Assembly: GCA_951406725.2 (NCBI GenBank)
Contig: OX597820.1
Coordinates: 97,216,001 to 97,280,000 of the forward strand
Reading direction: 5' to 3'
Length of the DNA stretch: 64,000 nucleotides
Source: Octopus vulgaris
Taxonomy: Eukaryota
A program made the position numbers and the translations under genes. This document shows, piece after piece, positions 12,851 through 25,119 of the stretch. How positions within the stretch are numbered: position 1 is the first letter of the stretch; every line of letters begins with the position of its first letter. The notes under the pieces are model-generated. The model ran no database searches, was not told where the DNA came from, and saw only the letters and a list, made by a program, of their open reading frames with translations.

Positions 12851-13384
12851 TAACTATGGTTTTATGATATTTCCATAAGTAACTCTTAGAAGTCTCTTCT
12901 TTTGGAGAATTATACCTTGTTTGAATTTTCTTGTTTCTGTTATTTTACTTTTTACATGCTTTTATGCAATACTATACAGTATCATCTTGTAATGTCCCCA
13001 ATGTTTTTATCAACCTTTATTAGTTAATAAAGAAAACATTATTTTAATTATAATTATTATTAGTAGTAATAGTAGTAGTAGGATGGGGGAGTGGTAGAAT
13101 TCATAGTGCTGATACAACTTGTCTTTCATTCTTCAAAAACTCAATAATATAAATAAATACAAACCAATTACTAGAGTTCATTTAATTACACACTACTCCC
13201 TAAATTAGTCTCTCTCTCTCTCTGTAAAAAAAAAAATCACTGTCATTATCATCATTGTTATTATCATTATTATTATGAAGGCAGCAAGCTGGCAGAATTG
13301 GATGAAATGCCAAGAAGCATTTCTTCCAGCTTTACATTCTGAGTTGAAATGCTGTTGAAGCTGACCTTGACTTTCATCCTTTAA

Positions 13385-13605
13385 CCCTCTTGTTACCAAC
13401 CCAGCTGAAACTGGCCCTGGCTTTGAGTACAAATGTCTTGTTTTCATAAGTTTTGAATCAAAATCTTCCATCAAACCTTAGTCACAATTTATGTTCCGAA
13501 CACTAGCTGAATGATTAACTAAATTATTTTACTAAATTCTTTGTTATATTTAAAGTAATTGAAAGAAACACAGAGCATCTCAAAATAAATACAGTAAAGA
13601 AAGGG
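13385..13605. mobile_element. piggyBac-type MITE inserted in a family-B SINE
   Basis: TTAA|CCCTCTTGTTAC ... GTAAAGAAAGGG|TTAA (TTAA TSD at 13381-13384 and 13606-13609); second copy at 27732. Confidence 0.85.
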
Positions 13606-14093
13606 TTAAGGATTATTGAAATAAGTCAATGAAATAAGTACCATTTGAGCATTAGGGTTGACATAATCAACTAGCCCTCTTACCCAAAATTTCAGGCCTT
13701 GTACCTGAATTAGAAAGAATTATAATTATAATTATTATTATTATTATCCAAAATGCTTTGCGGTATTTCGCCTATCTTTACATTCTGAGTTCGAATTCTG
13801 CCAGGATCGACTGCCTTTCATCCTTTCGGGGTCGATAAATTAAGTACCAGTTACACACTGGGGTCGATGTAATCGACTATCTCACTCCCCCAAATTTCAG
13901 GCCTTGTGCCTTTAGTAGAAAGGATTATTATTATTATTATTATTATTATAATTATTATTATTATCATCATCATCATCACCATCATCATTTATTGTAGTAG
14001 TTAAGGTCGAAATAGAAATTGTAAATGTAGTAGTAGTAGTAGTAGAAGCAGCAGCAGTTGTAGTAGTATATTGTTATTCATTTCAAAAACATC

Positions 14094-14099
14094 TTTATT
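14094..14099 (-). promoter_or_regulatory. Candidate polyadenylation signal for the 946-aa gene
   Basis: AATAAA on the minus strand ~640 bp after the stop, at the end of a U-rich putative 3' UTR (another AATAAA at 14309-14314). Confidence 0.4.
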
Positions 14100-14738
14100 A
14101 AGTGGTATTAAATAATTATCTTATAGGGAGCTGAAATGCTGATTATGAGATGAGGTGTCTGAGTGCAAGAATGAGCAAATGTGTGTGTGAGTGTGTGTGT
14201 ATGAAACATGAAATAAATAGGAGTGAAACACATGGCAGTCAAAATATTGATGATTTAGACATGACATTTGTTATTGTTAAAACATTTGACATTTTGCAGT
14301 CTTCAATGTTTATTAAAAAAAAAATTTTTTTTTTTTCGCTTTCATTTGTATTACGAATGATGAATTTTGATGACACACTGCAATCAAACAGTCACAAGCT
14401 GAATGAAAACAGAAACTGTAATGGAGTATAAATCAGATGAGGGGGAAAAAATAAATAAAAGTGTTTAAAAAAAAAAAGAACCAACAAAAAACAGGAGGTA
14501 ATTTAGAAAAAAAGAAAGGAAAAGAAATCCAAAGCAGAAGATTAAATAAACTTTAAAAATCCTGACAGGGAAGAAATGAAAGAACTCAGACACAACATTT
14601 GACAGTAAAAATTATAAATATAATTTAAGAGTAAATATAGCTGAGGAAGTGAAAAACAAATTTAAAAAAATACAAAAACATAAAAAAAAAAAGAGAGAGG
14701 AAAGTTTATAATTTTATAAATGACATTAAATTAAACAT

Positions 14739-17579
14739 TCAGACGTGTGCCAGAGTCTTAAATTCTGTATCATCTTTGTTTTGTGGATTTTTCCGGATAA
14801 ACTTCTTTTGAAAATTCCAAAATTTTTTCATCACAGCCTTCTTATTACGTAGTCGGAAGCCATCAACAATGGGCTGCCGATTCCTTTTGATTTCATTGCT
14901 TTCAATAGGGTCAGTGGAAGCCCCTGCAACTGTGAGTGCAGGGCTGTTGGCGAGGGAAGCAATTTGAGGAGATTGGTAAGATTTTCGACAAGCTCCCAAT
15001 CCAGAGTCTTTTGAAATATGTGGAGTCTCTCTAGAAGAGCAGATAAATTCTCGTTCAAAGAAATGCTTGTTACTACTTTGCTCAAAATCTGACAAATCAG
15101 TGTTTTCTTTATTATGTGATCTCGATCTTCGATGTTCTAACATTCCTCTGTGTCTGCGATTACTTGAAGAATTGTTGTTATTGGCTCTCTTGTCGTGATT
15201 TTTTTTGGCCACTTGTCTGTGGACCTTTGGTTTGGCACCTTCTGGCTTCATTTGATTGTCTTTAGAGATGTTAGATATTGGACTGAAAGGAGACAGACCT
15301 TTGTGACAATGGGATGACTTACCAGGAGAAAAATACACAGAACTAGTGTCTTGGAATGAATCAGCTGGCAAACTTTGATTGCTGTATGAAGATTTATCTT
15401 TGCAGAGCTGATTGGTTGAATATGCTGAATGAGGCACTTTTTTACTCTTAGCTAAAATTTGGTTGTGATCTTGTTTGGAAACAGCAGCAGTAGTAGTAGT
15501 AGTGGTAGCAGCATTTTGCTGTACTGAAGATGTTGAAGAAGAACCATGAAGTGCAGCATTCTGCATTTTGGAAGCAGAGGCTGAGAAAGATTGTGTAGGT
15601 AGTTTCAGAAAATTCTTTTTTTTATCAGTTACCAAATTTGTGTTCTTTGGTGACAGATCATTTAGGAAACTTTTGTTATTAGACAATGACAACTCATCAT
15701 GTTGGTTATTTTCCTCAAATGAAATTAACGAAGGAGAACCCATATCAATAGACAGGGGAGAGATAATTACTGGCCCTTTTCTCTCAAGTGATATGTCTTT
15801 CTGACTGTTTCGGGTTGATGACAGAATATTTGAGGCATGTTGAAAAGAATTTGAGTCATGTTGAAAAGAATTTGAGTCATGTTGAAAAGAATTTGAGTCA
15901 TTACTCTTATCACTGGCTTCAACATTTTCATTCTCAGCCTCTGCTTCAGAATCACTGCTACATGACTGACCAACACAATCAGGCCTTTCCCCAAGAGAAA
16001 CAGACAGTGAAACTGAACTATCAGAGAGAACTATTTCATGTTTTGTATCTCCACTCGCATTGCAAAGCAGCTGCAACTGTGATTTTTCATTGGAAGTTTC
16101 AATTTGAACAAATGCTTTGTTGCCTTCCTCAAGAGACATATCAAGGCTGTCGCTAGCAGAAATATGTTCTTCCACTGAAGACAAATTTAGGGAACTACTA
16201 GGTAAGGGCAACTCTTGGCAAGGTCCTGATGAAGAATCTGAAATGTTAGGTAATGGTGAAGATGTAAACTGACCGGGATCAATTCTAGACTTGAACAACC
16301 CATAGCTGCTTGTACCTGATATTACTTCTGTATTCATGCTCTCTGGAGTCGACCAAGTCTGGCTGCTACTTGGATATGAAGTATCAGATAAAATAACACT
16401 TGTATGTGACTCCAAACATGGATGTTCATTTTTGCTGTCTCTACCAGAATCAGTCAGTACCAAATCAGATTGGCCAAGACGACCAATTGTTTCATTTAAG
16501 AGATCAGCAGTTTCAGAAAATTGATTCTGGAAATTTCTGCTGGAATTATTCTTGGATTTTAAATTACTATTTACAATTCTTCTTTTGCGACTGCTTTTTG
16601 TGTTGCTATGAAACATTTTTTTCTTCCGTTCATGGTGAGCAGACACTGGAGTGTTTTGTTCCATGTAATTCTCCAACTGACACTTTTTGATGAGTTTTCT
16701 TTTGCGAGAGATAACTTGCTGTCGCTTTGGTGATCTCTCCCATACTTTCTTGGTGCGAGCAGTTTTCTCAATTCGACACTGTTTTATATAGTGTGAATGA
16801 TATTCAAACTTTGTCAGACCACGTGGTTTGTTATAATTTTGACCATAAGGGCAGTCTGAGGTGTCCCCTGTGAAAGCAGGGTAACCATCAGTTAAACTTG
16901 ATAAGGATGAAGTAGACAAAGGTTCGGCATTACCTTCATCGTTAGCCTCAGTTCTATGAATACTGCTAAGGTTAGCGTATGTTGGTCTCTTTTCCAAACG
17001 AGGTGTTGTAACATTTAACTCAATGGGTTTACTCTGTTCATCATTTGAACAGGTTTGACGCTTATCAGATATAAACTTTGTAAAAGAATCTTCCTTTGAA
17101 TATTTTGTTGATTTTTTAGGCCATGAGGAAACAGATGACAATGATGATGATAATGATGAGGACATTGGTGGTGACAGTATACCATGAGTTTTTAACGAGA
17201 CAGGTTGATTTGTTGGAGACTGTACCATATTTGATGCTGAACTTTGCGACATAGGTGAACAGTACAATTTGTAATTTGTAGTCTGACTATGTAGTATAAC
17301 CGGAGGCATTGGTGTTGACTCAGAAGGACAGAGTAAATTTTTGTTCCTTGTGTCAACAACTTTTGATTGTTCAAAACTCTGATCTTCATCATCGTCTGTG
17401 TCACTGGACATTTTTAATAGGGCTTCAATGACATGGTTCCCATAATCTAAGCCTACATTTGAAGATGTAATTGGAAGAGGCCCGCAATGAGAAAGTTTTT
17501 CCATGTTGGGCAAAATTGTTCTACAACCCATCCGACAGAGTGTTGTTTTTAATTTTTCTTTCACAGAATATATTACCAT
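14739..17579 (-). CDS. Uncharacterised 946-aa Ser-rich, probably disordered nuclear protein, encoded in one large exon
   Basis: 2841-bp uninterrupted ORF in AT-rich DNA; ATG immediately preceded by in-frame TAG; splice acceptor 63 nt upstream; basic NLS-like clusters (RKRKLIKK, RKKK, RKRR); no recognisable folded domain or transposon motif. Confidence 0.85.
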   Translation of the reverse strand: MVIYSVKEKLKTTLCRMGCRTILPNMEKLSHCGPLPITSSNVGLDYGNHVIEALLKMSSDTDDDEDQSFEQSKVVDTRNKNLLCPSESTPMPPVILHSQTTNYKLYCSPMSQSSASNMVQSPTNQPVSLKTHGILSPPMSSSLSSSLSSVSSWPKKSTKYSKEDSFTKFISDKRQTCSNDEQSKPIELNVTTPRLEKRPTYANLSSIHRTEANDEGNAEPLSTSSLSSLTDGYPAFTGDTSDCPYGQNYNKPRGLTKFEYHSHYIKQCRIEKTARTKKVWERSPKRQQVISRKRKLIKKCQLENYMEQNTPVSAHHERKKKMFHSNTKSSRKRRIVNSNLKSKNNSSRNFQNQFSETADLLNETIGRLGQSDLVLTDSGRDSKNEHPCLESHTSVILSDTSYPSSSQTWSTPESMNTEVISGTSSYGLFKSRIDPGQFTSSPLPNISDSSSGPCQELPLPSSSLNLSSVEEHISASDSLDMSLEEGNKAFVQIETSNEKSQLQLLCNASGDTKHEIVLSDSSVSLSVSLGERPDCVGQSCSSDSEAEAENENVEASDKSNDSNSFQHDSNSFQHDSNSFQHASNILSSTRNSQKDISLERKGPVIISPLSIDMGSPSLISFEENNQHDELSLSNNKSFLNDLSPKNTNLVTDKKKNFLKLPTQSFSASASKMQNAALHGSSSTSSVQQNAATTTTTTAAVSKQDHNQILAKSKKVPHSAYSTNQLCKDKSSYSNQSLPADSFQDTSSVYFSPGKSSHCHKGLSPFSPISNISKDNQMKPEGAKPKVHRQVAKKNHDKRANNNNSSSNRRHRGMLEHRRSRSHNKENTDLSDFEQSSNKHFFEREFICSSRETPHISKDSGLGACRKSYQSPQIASLANSPALTVAGASTDPIESNEIKRNRQPIVDGFRLRNKKAVMKKFWNFQKKFIRKNPQNKDDTEFKTLAHV
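15836..15901 (-). repeat. In-frame 21-bp tandem repeat x3 encoding (DSNSFQH)3
   Basis: CATGTTGAAAAGAATTTGAGT repeated three times on the plus strand. Confidence 0.95.
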
Positions 17580-17642
17580 CTATCTGAATGTTATTCATCA
17601 AATCAGGATTGTCAACCAGTGAAGTGAGGGATCAAATGCAAC

Positions 17643-17680
17643 CTGGAAATAAAAATAAAAAGGAAAATAAATAATAAATA
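17643..17680 (-). promoter_or_regulatory. Splice acceptor of the large coding exon (exon starts at 17642)
   Basis: Minus strand TTATTTTCCTTTTTATTTTTATTTCCAG|GT: polypyrimidine tract plus CAG. Confidence 0.75.
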
Positions 17681-18150
17681 AAATAATTATTGAGTAGTTA
17701 CAAGAAGTCCTACCATCCCATTTTTTTGCTTCAATAAATCTGTGGTTTAACATCATCGTCATCATCCTTTAATGTCCATTTTCCAGACTGGCAAGCCGAA
17801 GAACTGTACCAGATTCCAGTCAGATTTAGCTTGGTTTTTATGGCTGGAAGTGCTTCCTAACACCAACCACTTAACTGTGTGTGCTGGATGCTTTTTATGT
17901 GGCACCAGCATGGGAGCTATTACATGGCTCCTGTGCTGGTGCCATGTAAAAAAAACATGTATGTAAGATAATAGATTCCTTATATATCCGCAGAGCTCAG
18001 TGTAACATAAAGTCTAACCTGGATTCATAACCTGAACTTGTGGTTTACCAACCAGAACCCTTGATACATTTGTTAGTATTTTTGTTGCTATTTGGTTTTC
18101 TAGCCTTGTAACACAAAAGTTTATTGAAGCTTCTGTTTATGGTTCCTCTT

Positions 18151-18560
18151 TCTTATTTTTTGCTTGTTTCAGTCATTAGACTGTGGCCATGCTGGAACAC
18201 TGTTTTGAAGGATTTAGTCGAACAAATTGATCCCAATACTTAGCTTTTTTTTTTCAGGTCTGATATTTATTCTACTAGTCTCTTTTTGCTGAGCTGCTAG
18301 GTTACAGTGATGTAAATAAACTAACACCAGTTGTCAAGTGGTGGATGGGGACATATACAACACAAATACAAAAACACACACAAATAAATATATATGCATA
18401 CACACACACACATACACGACATGTTTCTTCCAGTTTCTATCTACCAAAGTCATTTACAAGGCCTTGATTGACTGGAGTTATAGAAGACGCTTGCTAAAAG
18501 TACCATGCAATGAGAACGAACCCAGAGCCATGTGGTCGAAAAGCAAGCTTCTTATCACAC
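18151..18560 (-). mobile_element. Family A SINE, old CpG-decayed copy
   Basis: Colinear with family A, with many CG>TG/CA changes. Confidence 0.8.
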
Positions 18561-18933
18561 AATCAATTGTCTTATGACAATTATATAAACAAGAATAAGT
18601 CATTTAGTCAGTTGGTGCCAAGCATTTGAAAGTGCATTGACTAAGATAATACAAGTACTGTTACCACTGTTACAACATGGAAACAACAGTAAACGTATCC
18701 ACAATTTCACCTCAACCTCTTTGGTTTACCCCTAGCCAAGAGACTGCTATGAGCAAAACACTGCTTGCTTAAAGTTGGCACACACACACTTACACCCTAA
18801 CTGACAGGTCAACCAAAATGTCCTCACATACATGAATACACACTGTAGATATGTCTACCAGAAATAATTTTATTTTGTTGTTCATACTGTTAACAATCTT
18901 TATGAATTTGAACGAAATTTGCTAGCTGGCAGA

Positions 18934-19161
18934 AAGGCGGTGAGCTGGCAGAATCATTAGCACACCGGGCGAAATGCGTAGCTGTATTTCGTCTGCTGTT
19001 ACGTTCTGAGTTCAAATTCCGTCGAGGTCGACTTTGCCTTTCATCCTTTCGGGGTCGATTAAATAAGTATCAGTTACGCACTGGGGTTGATATAATCGAC
19101 TTAATCCGCTTGTCTGTCCTCTCTGTGTTTATCCCCTTGTGGGTAGTAAAGAAATAGAAAT
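18934..19161 (+). mobile_element. Family B SINE (young)
   Basis: AAGGCGGTGAGCTGGCAGAA head to GGGTAGTAAAGAAATAG tail. Confidence 0.9.
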
Positions 19162-20409
19162 AGAATATAATGATTGTTGGTGTACACTGCTGTAGTTTTT
19201 ACCTATTGTGATGCCACTTTCACCTGCCAAAGTAGGTTGAATACAATTAAATTGATTACACTTAAGCGTTTCAACATATGTACACAAAATATTGATTCCA
19301 TGGAATTAATTTCCTGTTTCAGAGCTAAATTCTTTTTCCAGTTTGTTTCTGAAACTTGGAACCTGCACAACTCTCAAAAGAAAAAGGCTCCAAGATATAT
19401 CTTAATCTTTTATTTCCTCCATTCAATGTTTTGTATGGTTCAACAAATTAATGCTATTTACTCTTATTACACGGTTCATAAACCTACCAGTAAGGAGAGA
19501 TCTACATTCAAAATATATCACTAAAGTAATGGGCCTTTTAAAAAAACATCTTTATCACTCACCAATGAAAGCATTGATGCAAAAAACAAAAAACAATGTA
19601 ATAAATAACTTAACTTCTGCTCACAACTGATAAAATTCCAATATCATTTAGATCACTGGAGTATATAGACAACACTGAAATATCACTCTAATTATTTTAC
19701 CCAAGTTCAAACTCCCTTTAGCAAATTAAATATTTAATAAATAATATCATAGAATTGTAACCCAACACTTTGAGGTCTTAATACCATTAAGCCACCAAAT
19801 CAAAGAAAAGTCTGGAAAAATTTGTTCAATAAAATACAGAATGTAAACACATGTTAAACAGGAAATTCTTTCTAAAGTGAAGCTAAACATTGTTTCCTGT
19901 GCAAAAGAGTGCTTAGTTACAGTTTACAATCCTAAACGACGGTATTGCTTGAATTGTGGCTTTGTGTAGTTTAGGATTCTGTGACAGTTGCAGATATTTG
20001 CAGTGTAGGATTTCAAGGGTTAAGAAAGTAAAATACTTTTATGCATCAGACAGCATTCTTGTTTCCAATATCGTTATTCTGATTGTCAACCAGACTTTGC
20101 CTATTTGCCAACCATCTTACAACAGTGCACTGGGTGCCTTTTACTATGATGCCAGCATTAGTGAGGTTGCTTTGACCCTAAAAGCCTATAAAGTTTACGT
20201 GAACTTATGGTGTCTCCAGTACCCTAAGGCAACCGCCCCCCTCCCCTGATAAGATGAATAGCAGAGAGATAGAAAGTGAGAGAGAGAGAGAGAGAGTGAG
20301 AGAAAGAGAACCAGGCTGAGTGCATGAAGGGAGTATGAAGGGTGAAACAAAGTGCGAGAGCATAATGGAAAACACACATGAACATATACCTGTGCGTGTG
20401 TGTGTGTAT

Positions 20410-20444
<35 letters not shown>

Positions 20445-20634
20445 ATTGAAACAAAGGAGTAGTGACAGTGAAAGAGAATTACAGGCAAGAACATTATTTT
20501 GGATAAAAAAAATCTCTACATACACACAGAAAAAAAAGTTTCTATTGAGAAAGATATAAAATGACATGGAAGGAAGAGGATAAATGTGCATTGTGTGAGA
20601 TAAAGGGTGAGAGTGAATGAGAGAGGGCAAAAGT

Positions 20635-20666
<32 letters not shown>

Positions 20667-20769
20667 CACTAACTCAAACTCAGTATATGCATCTTTATAT
20701 CTTTATATTTTGTCTTCAAAGAAAACACTTCTACTCTTCTTCTCTTTCTCGTCTCTGTCTCTTGCTCTT

Positions 20770-20874
20770 TAGAAGCATAGCAGCCTAAATTCCTTCAAGT
20801 CACACTCTACAATCACAAGATAAGAAAGGGACACATTGGATAACGTAGTCTTAAATACAATATGTCTGGGGAAT

Positions 20875-20905
<31 letters not shown>

Positions 20906-21000
20906 AAGAAAGAAAAATGCTGGGATGATCCCAGCTGGAATGCCTTTGATCATGAGTCTGCTAGATCATCATGGTTTGACCTGAGGCTAAACAACTAGAA
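20770..21000 (+). repeat. Dispersed repeat family F
   Basis: TAGCAGCC.AA.T...GGACACATTGGATAA.GTAGTC...GCTGGAATGCCTTTGATCAT...GACCTGnGGCTAAACAAC; related copies near 3545, 23850, 38735, 40120, 46690, 61655, 61880, 62130. Confidence 0.65.
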
Positions 21001-21540
21001 CACACTGCACTTTCCTCTCCATGTCGTGTGATGTGGAAGAGGATGAGCAAAACAGTGAGAATATGTTTCTTGTTATAGTTGTTGTCTTTGATTTAGAGCT
21101 ACGTGTCTATTCTATTTAATTGTTCTTTCCATACATTTCATCTGCCTCACATCTTGTACTCTGTCTTCTCGACAAATCCAACATAACAATTGTCTGTCTA
21201 TTACATTTTCTTTTTTCTAACTAGCTGTGGCCATGCTGGATCGTTGTTTGTCATGGTCGTCATGATTTGTCATCATTGTCATCATCATCATCATCACCAA
21301 AACCACCACCTAGCCTTCATTTTCATGTTCTCTTTTCTACAGACAAAATTCATTGAGGCAAATTTTCTACAGCCTTCCTGTCATCCACCCTCACTTGTTT
21401 CCGAGTAAGGTAACATTCCCCCATGGCTGGACATTTTTTCACAGAAGAATGGAAATGAAAGAGACTGCTTGTACAAGGTAATGCCTGCTTACAACTATTA
21501 GGCGATGTCAAGACAAGAAGAACACACAATATATACATAT

Positions 21541-21930
21541 TCTTTTATTTGTTTCAGCCGTTTGACTGTGGCCATGCTGGAGCACCATCTTTAATTGAAC
21601 AAACCGACTTCAAGACTTATTCTTTGTAAGAATAAGTACTTATTCTATCAGTATCTTTTGCTGAACTAATACGGGGACATAAACACACCAATACCGGTTG
21701 TGAAACGATGGTCGGGGGACAAACACAGACACACAAACATATATACAAACACACAACAAACATATATACAAACACACACACATATATTACAGGCTTCTTT
21801 GCATGTCACAAGGCTTTGGTCAGCCCAAGGCTATAGCAGAAGACACTTGTCCAAGGTGCTATGCAGTGGGACTGAACCTGGAACCATGTGTTTGGTAAGC
21901 AAGCTACTAACCACACAGCCACTCTTGCAA
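21541..21930 (-). mobile_element. Family A SINE
   Basis: Reverse complement of the family-A consensus. Confidence 0.85.
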
Positions 21931-22542
21931 CTATATATATATATATTAAATGTGATGAGCTTTTAAAGTTTCCATCTACTGAATCCATTCATAAGGGTTT
22001 GGTTAGCCTAAGAGTACACAGTAAAAGACACTTGTCCAAAATGGCATGCAGTGAAACTGAACCTGAAACCTTGTGATTGGGAAACAAATGTTTAATCATA
22101 AAAATAAATAAAATAAAAATTGCAATTCTATTGAAGCTGAATATCTGTATATTACCAGGTGACTGTATAATCAATTAAAGAATATTACAGAGTAGCTATT
22201 TGAAATTAAGACATAGAAGTGAGGTGGCATAAAATACAACTGTGATATTAAAAGATGCTGGGCTACTGACCATATTAATTAGAATTACTAACTATATTAT
22301 TTAAGAATCAATACAGCACAAATTATGGAGAAATAAATGTATGAAGTAATTTCTATATGTATTTAGTCTTGCTATGAAATAAGGCCTCATGTGAACCTTT
22401 TTGGCAGTTTGGATGAAAACTGAACTGACTGCTCTCTGTTATTTACTGGCCTTCCATTCTCAAGATGTCCAGCATAAGAAATGGGAGACCATTAAAATAT
22501 TAACATATTTCTGTGAAGGAATAAGTCATTTAAATAATGATT

Positions 22543-22821
22543 GTGGCCGTTGCCAGCCTCGCCTGGCCCCCGTGCCGGTGGCACGTAAAAAGCACCATCT
22601 GATCGTAGCCGTTTGCCAGTCTTGCCTGGCACCTGTGCCGGTGGCACGTAAAAAGCACCCACTACACTCACGGAGTGGTTGGCGTTAGGAAGGGCATCCA
22701 GCCGTAGAAACATTGCCAGATCAGACTGGAGCCTGGTGCAGCCTTCTGGCTTCCCAGACCCCAGTTGAACCGTCCAACCCATGCTAGCATGGAAAGCGGA
22801 CGCTAAACGATGATGATGATG
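22543..22821 (+). mobile_element. Family C retroposon 3' part
   Basis: Two GTGCCGGTGGCACGTAAAAAGCACC units, V-domain-like motif, (GAT)n tail. Confidence 0.85.
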
Positions 22822-23013
22822 TACAAGGTCGATGGCTTGACAACAATTACTAGGATTTTGTCTTTCATCCTTTCGTGATTGATAAAGTAAGTACCAGTTG
22901 AACACTGGGGTTGATGTAATTGACTTATCCTTTCCCTTGAAATTACTAGTTTTGTGCCAAAATTTGAAATCAATAATTACTATGGTATTGTTAGTGTACA
23001 TTTATGAATAAAT

Positions 23014-23402
23014 AGGAGTGGCTGTGTGGTAAGTAGCTTGCTTACAAACCACATGGTTCCGGGTTCAGTCCCACTGCATGCCACCTTGGGTAAGTGTCTT
23101 CTACTATAGCCTCGGGCCGACCAAAGCCTTGTGAGTGGATATGGTAGACGGAAACTGAAAGAAGCCTGTTGTATATATGTATATATATGTATGTGTGTGT
23201 TTGTGTGTTTGTGCTTGTCCTCCCAACATCGCTTGACAACCGATGCTGGTGTGTCCCCGTAACTTAGCGGTTCGGCAAAAAAAGAGACCGATAAAATAAG
23301 TACTAGGCTTACAAAGAATAAGCCCTGGGGTCGATTCGATCGATTAAAGGTGGTGTTCCAACATGGCCACAGTCACATGACTGAAACAAGTAAAAGAGTA
23401 AA
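23014..23402 (+). mobile_element. Family A SINE
   Basis: Full-length match to the copies at 8710 and 34671. Confidence 0.9.
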
Positions 23403-23938
23403 TTAGTTGGCACTAATGAAAAGCATCCAACTGTAGAAACCACACCAAAGCAGACACTGGATCATGATGCAAGTCCTTGGGCCGTATCGATCTTTGTCAA
23501 ACCATCCATCTCATGCCAGCATGGAACATGGATATTAAATGATGATGATGATGATGACAATGATATATAAATATTTATATCTGGATTCATCAAATAAAGT
23601 AACTAGTACACTCTGTTGGCATCAGGAAGGGCATCCAAACAAAAAAGCATCTCAAAGCAGATAGTGAAACATGACGCAATGCTCTGACCCATTGGATTTG
23701 TCAAACCATCAAACCCATACCAGCAAGGAAGGATATTAAAAGATGAAGATTATGAGCTAATATCCACACATATTTACTGTGCAATTTTTTTCACAGCTAG
23801 GGAGAATTAAAATTACAAGTTTCATTGTTAATTACAAATTCAAGGGCCTAATTTAACAGCCTCAATGCAGTCATTCAATCTGATAGAAACAGAAGTTAAG
23901 TCTCATTTACAGTACACTCTACCAACAAAGAAAGTATA

Positions 23939-24231
23939 TCTTTATATATAAAATTGAAGTTGTGGGTGTGAGACTCTGTCTCCTTCGATTTAGATTCCTA
24001 ACTACTCCCACATTTTGCGGTGCAGTTTAACCAAAAGCGGGTATCTTATAGTCGTCATTCATATCGAGCCCTTCTGGGTATTAGTGTGCATCTATGATGA
24101 GTCTACGATTTAAAAAAAAATTTACCATAGTTTTTCCACATTTTTAATGATTTTTGCTCGGGTTACTCTCTAAAAATGCTTATATAGTTATTTCCCTTAC
24201 AAACCCGAGCAACGCCAGGCGATACTGCTAG
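23939..24231 (+). mobile_element. Non-autonomous Helitron H1 inserted in a family-F repeat
   Basis: A|TCTTTATATATAAAA ... CCCGAGCAACGCCAGGCGATACTGCTAG|T. Confidence 0.85.
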
Positions 24232-24651
24232 TATTGAATAATGTAGTCCTTGATGCTCTTAACAGAAACAGATGGTCATGGATGGAATGTCTTTGATTGT
24301 GAGGTCTGCTTGATCAGAACAGAACCAGGGCTAAACAACCACAACATGAATGTTTGTATTATAACAACATATAACCCCCAAACATGAGTGATGTGATTTA
24401 TTGCTAACCCCATAATAGGTTTTGCATGTTACCTTTCACTTTGCATTAGTACAACAGATATTTCCAAAATCAATAATCTTGTTTAATTTTTAAACCCGGC
24501 CCAAGTATTCTGTTTTATGTTAGAATCAACCAGATCTAACCTCTCACAGGTACCCTTTAATGTCATTCTGAAAATATACAAACACACCGTTGAAATCTTG
24601 AAGCTACAATGTGTGATTAATACAAAACGATATGAATAAATTCATATAGTT

Positions 24652-25088
24652 GCAGGCATGGCTGTGTGGTAAGAAGCTTGCTTCCTAATCACATGGTTCC
24701 GAGTTCAGTCTCACTGCATGGCACTTTGGACACAAATATCTTCTACTATAGTCTCGGGTCAGCCAAAGCCAAGTGAGTAGATTTGGTATATGGAAACTGA
24801 AAGAAGCCCATCATATATATATATATATATATATATAAAGTGAGATAGGGGTTATGAGTGTAACCCACTATGGGATATCAGTTATCCAATATACTACTGG
24901 TGAAGTACAGCTGTAAGATCCATTTTATGTGTAATATTTTTATGGCATTATCTTACTTATTGATGTATATTGTTTTATTCTGTTGGATTTGCATGTTCCT
25001 ATTTAAGTAGTTAATAAATAATATAAATTGGTAATATCTGTAAGTCGATGATTGAAAGGAATCTGTTCCTCCATTTTCTTATTTGTAT

Positions 25089-25119
<31 letters not shown>

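Noticed and set aside
14831-17404. Short ORFs overlapping the 946-aa ORF
   Set aside because: Shadow frames of the main CDS with no independent support
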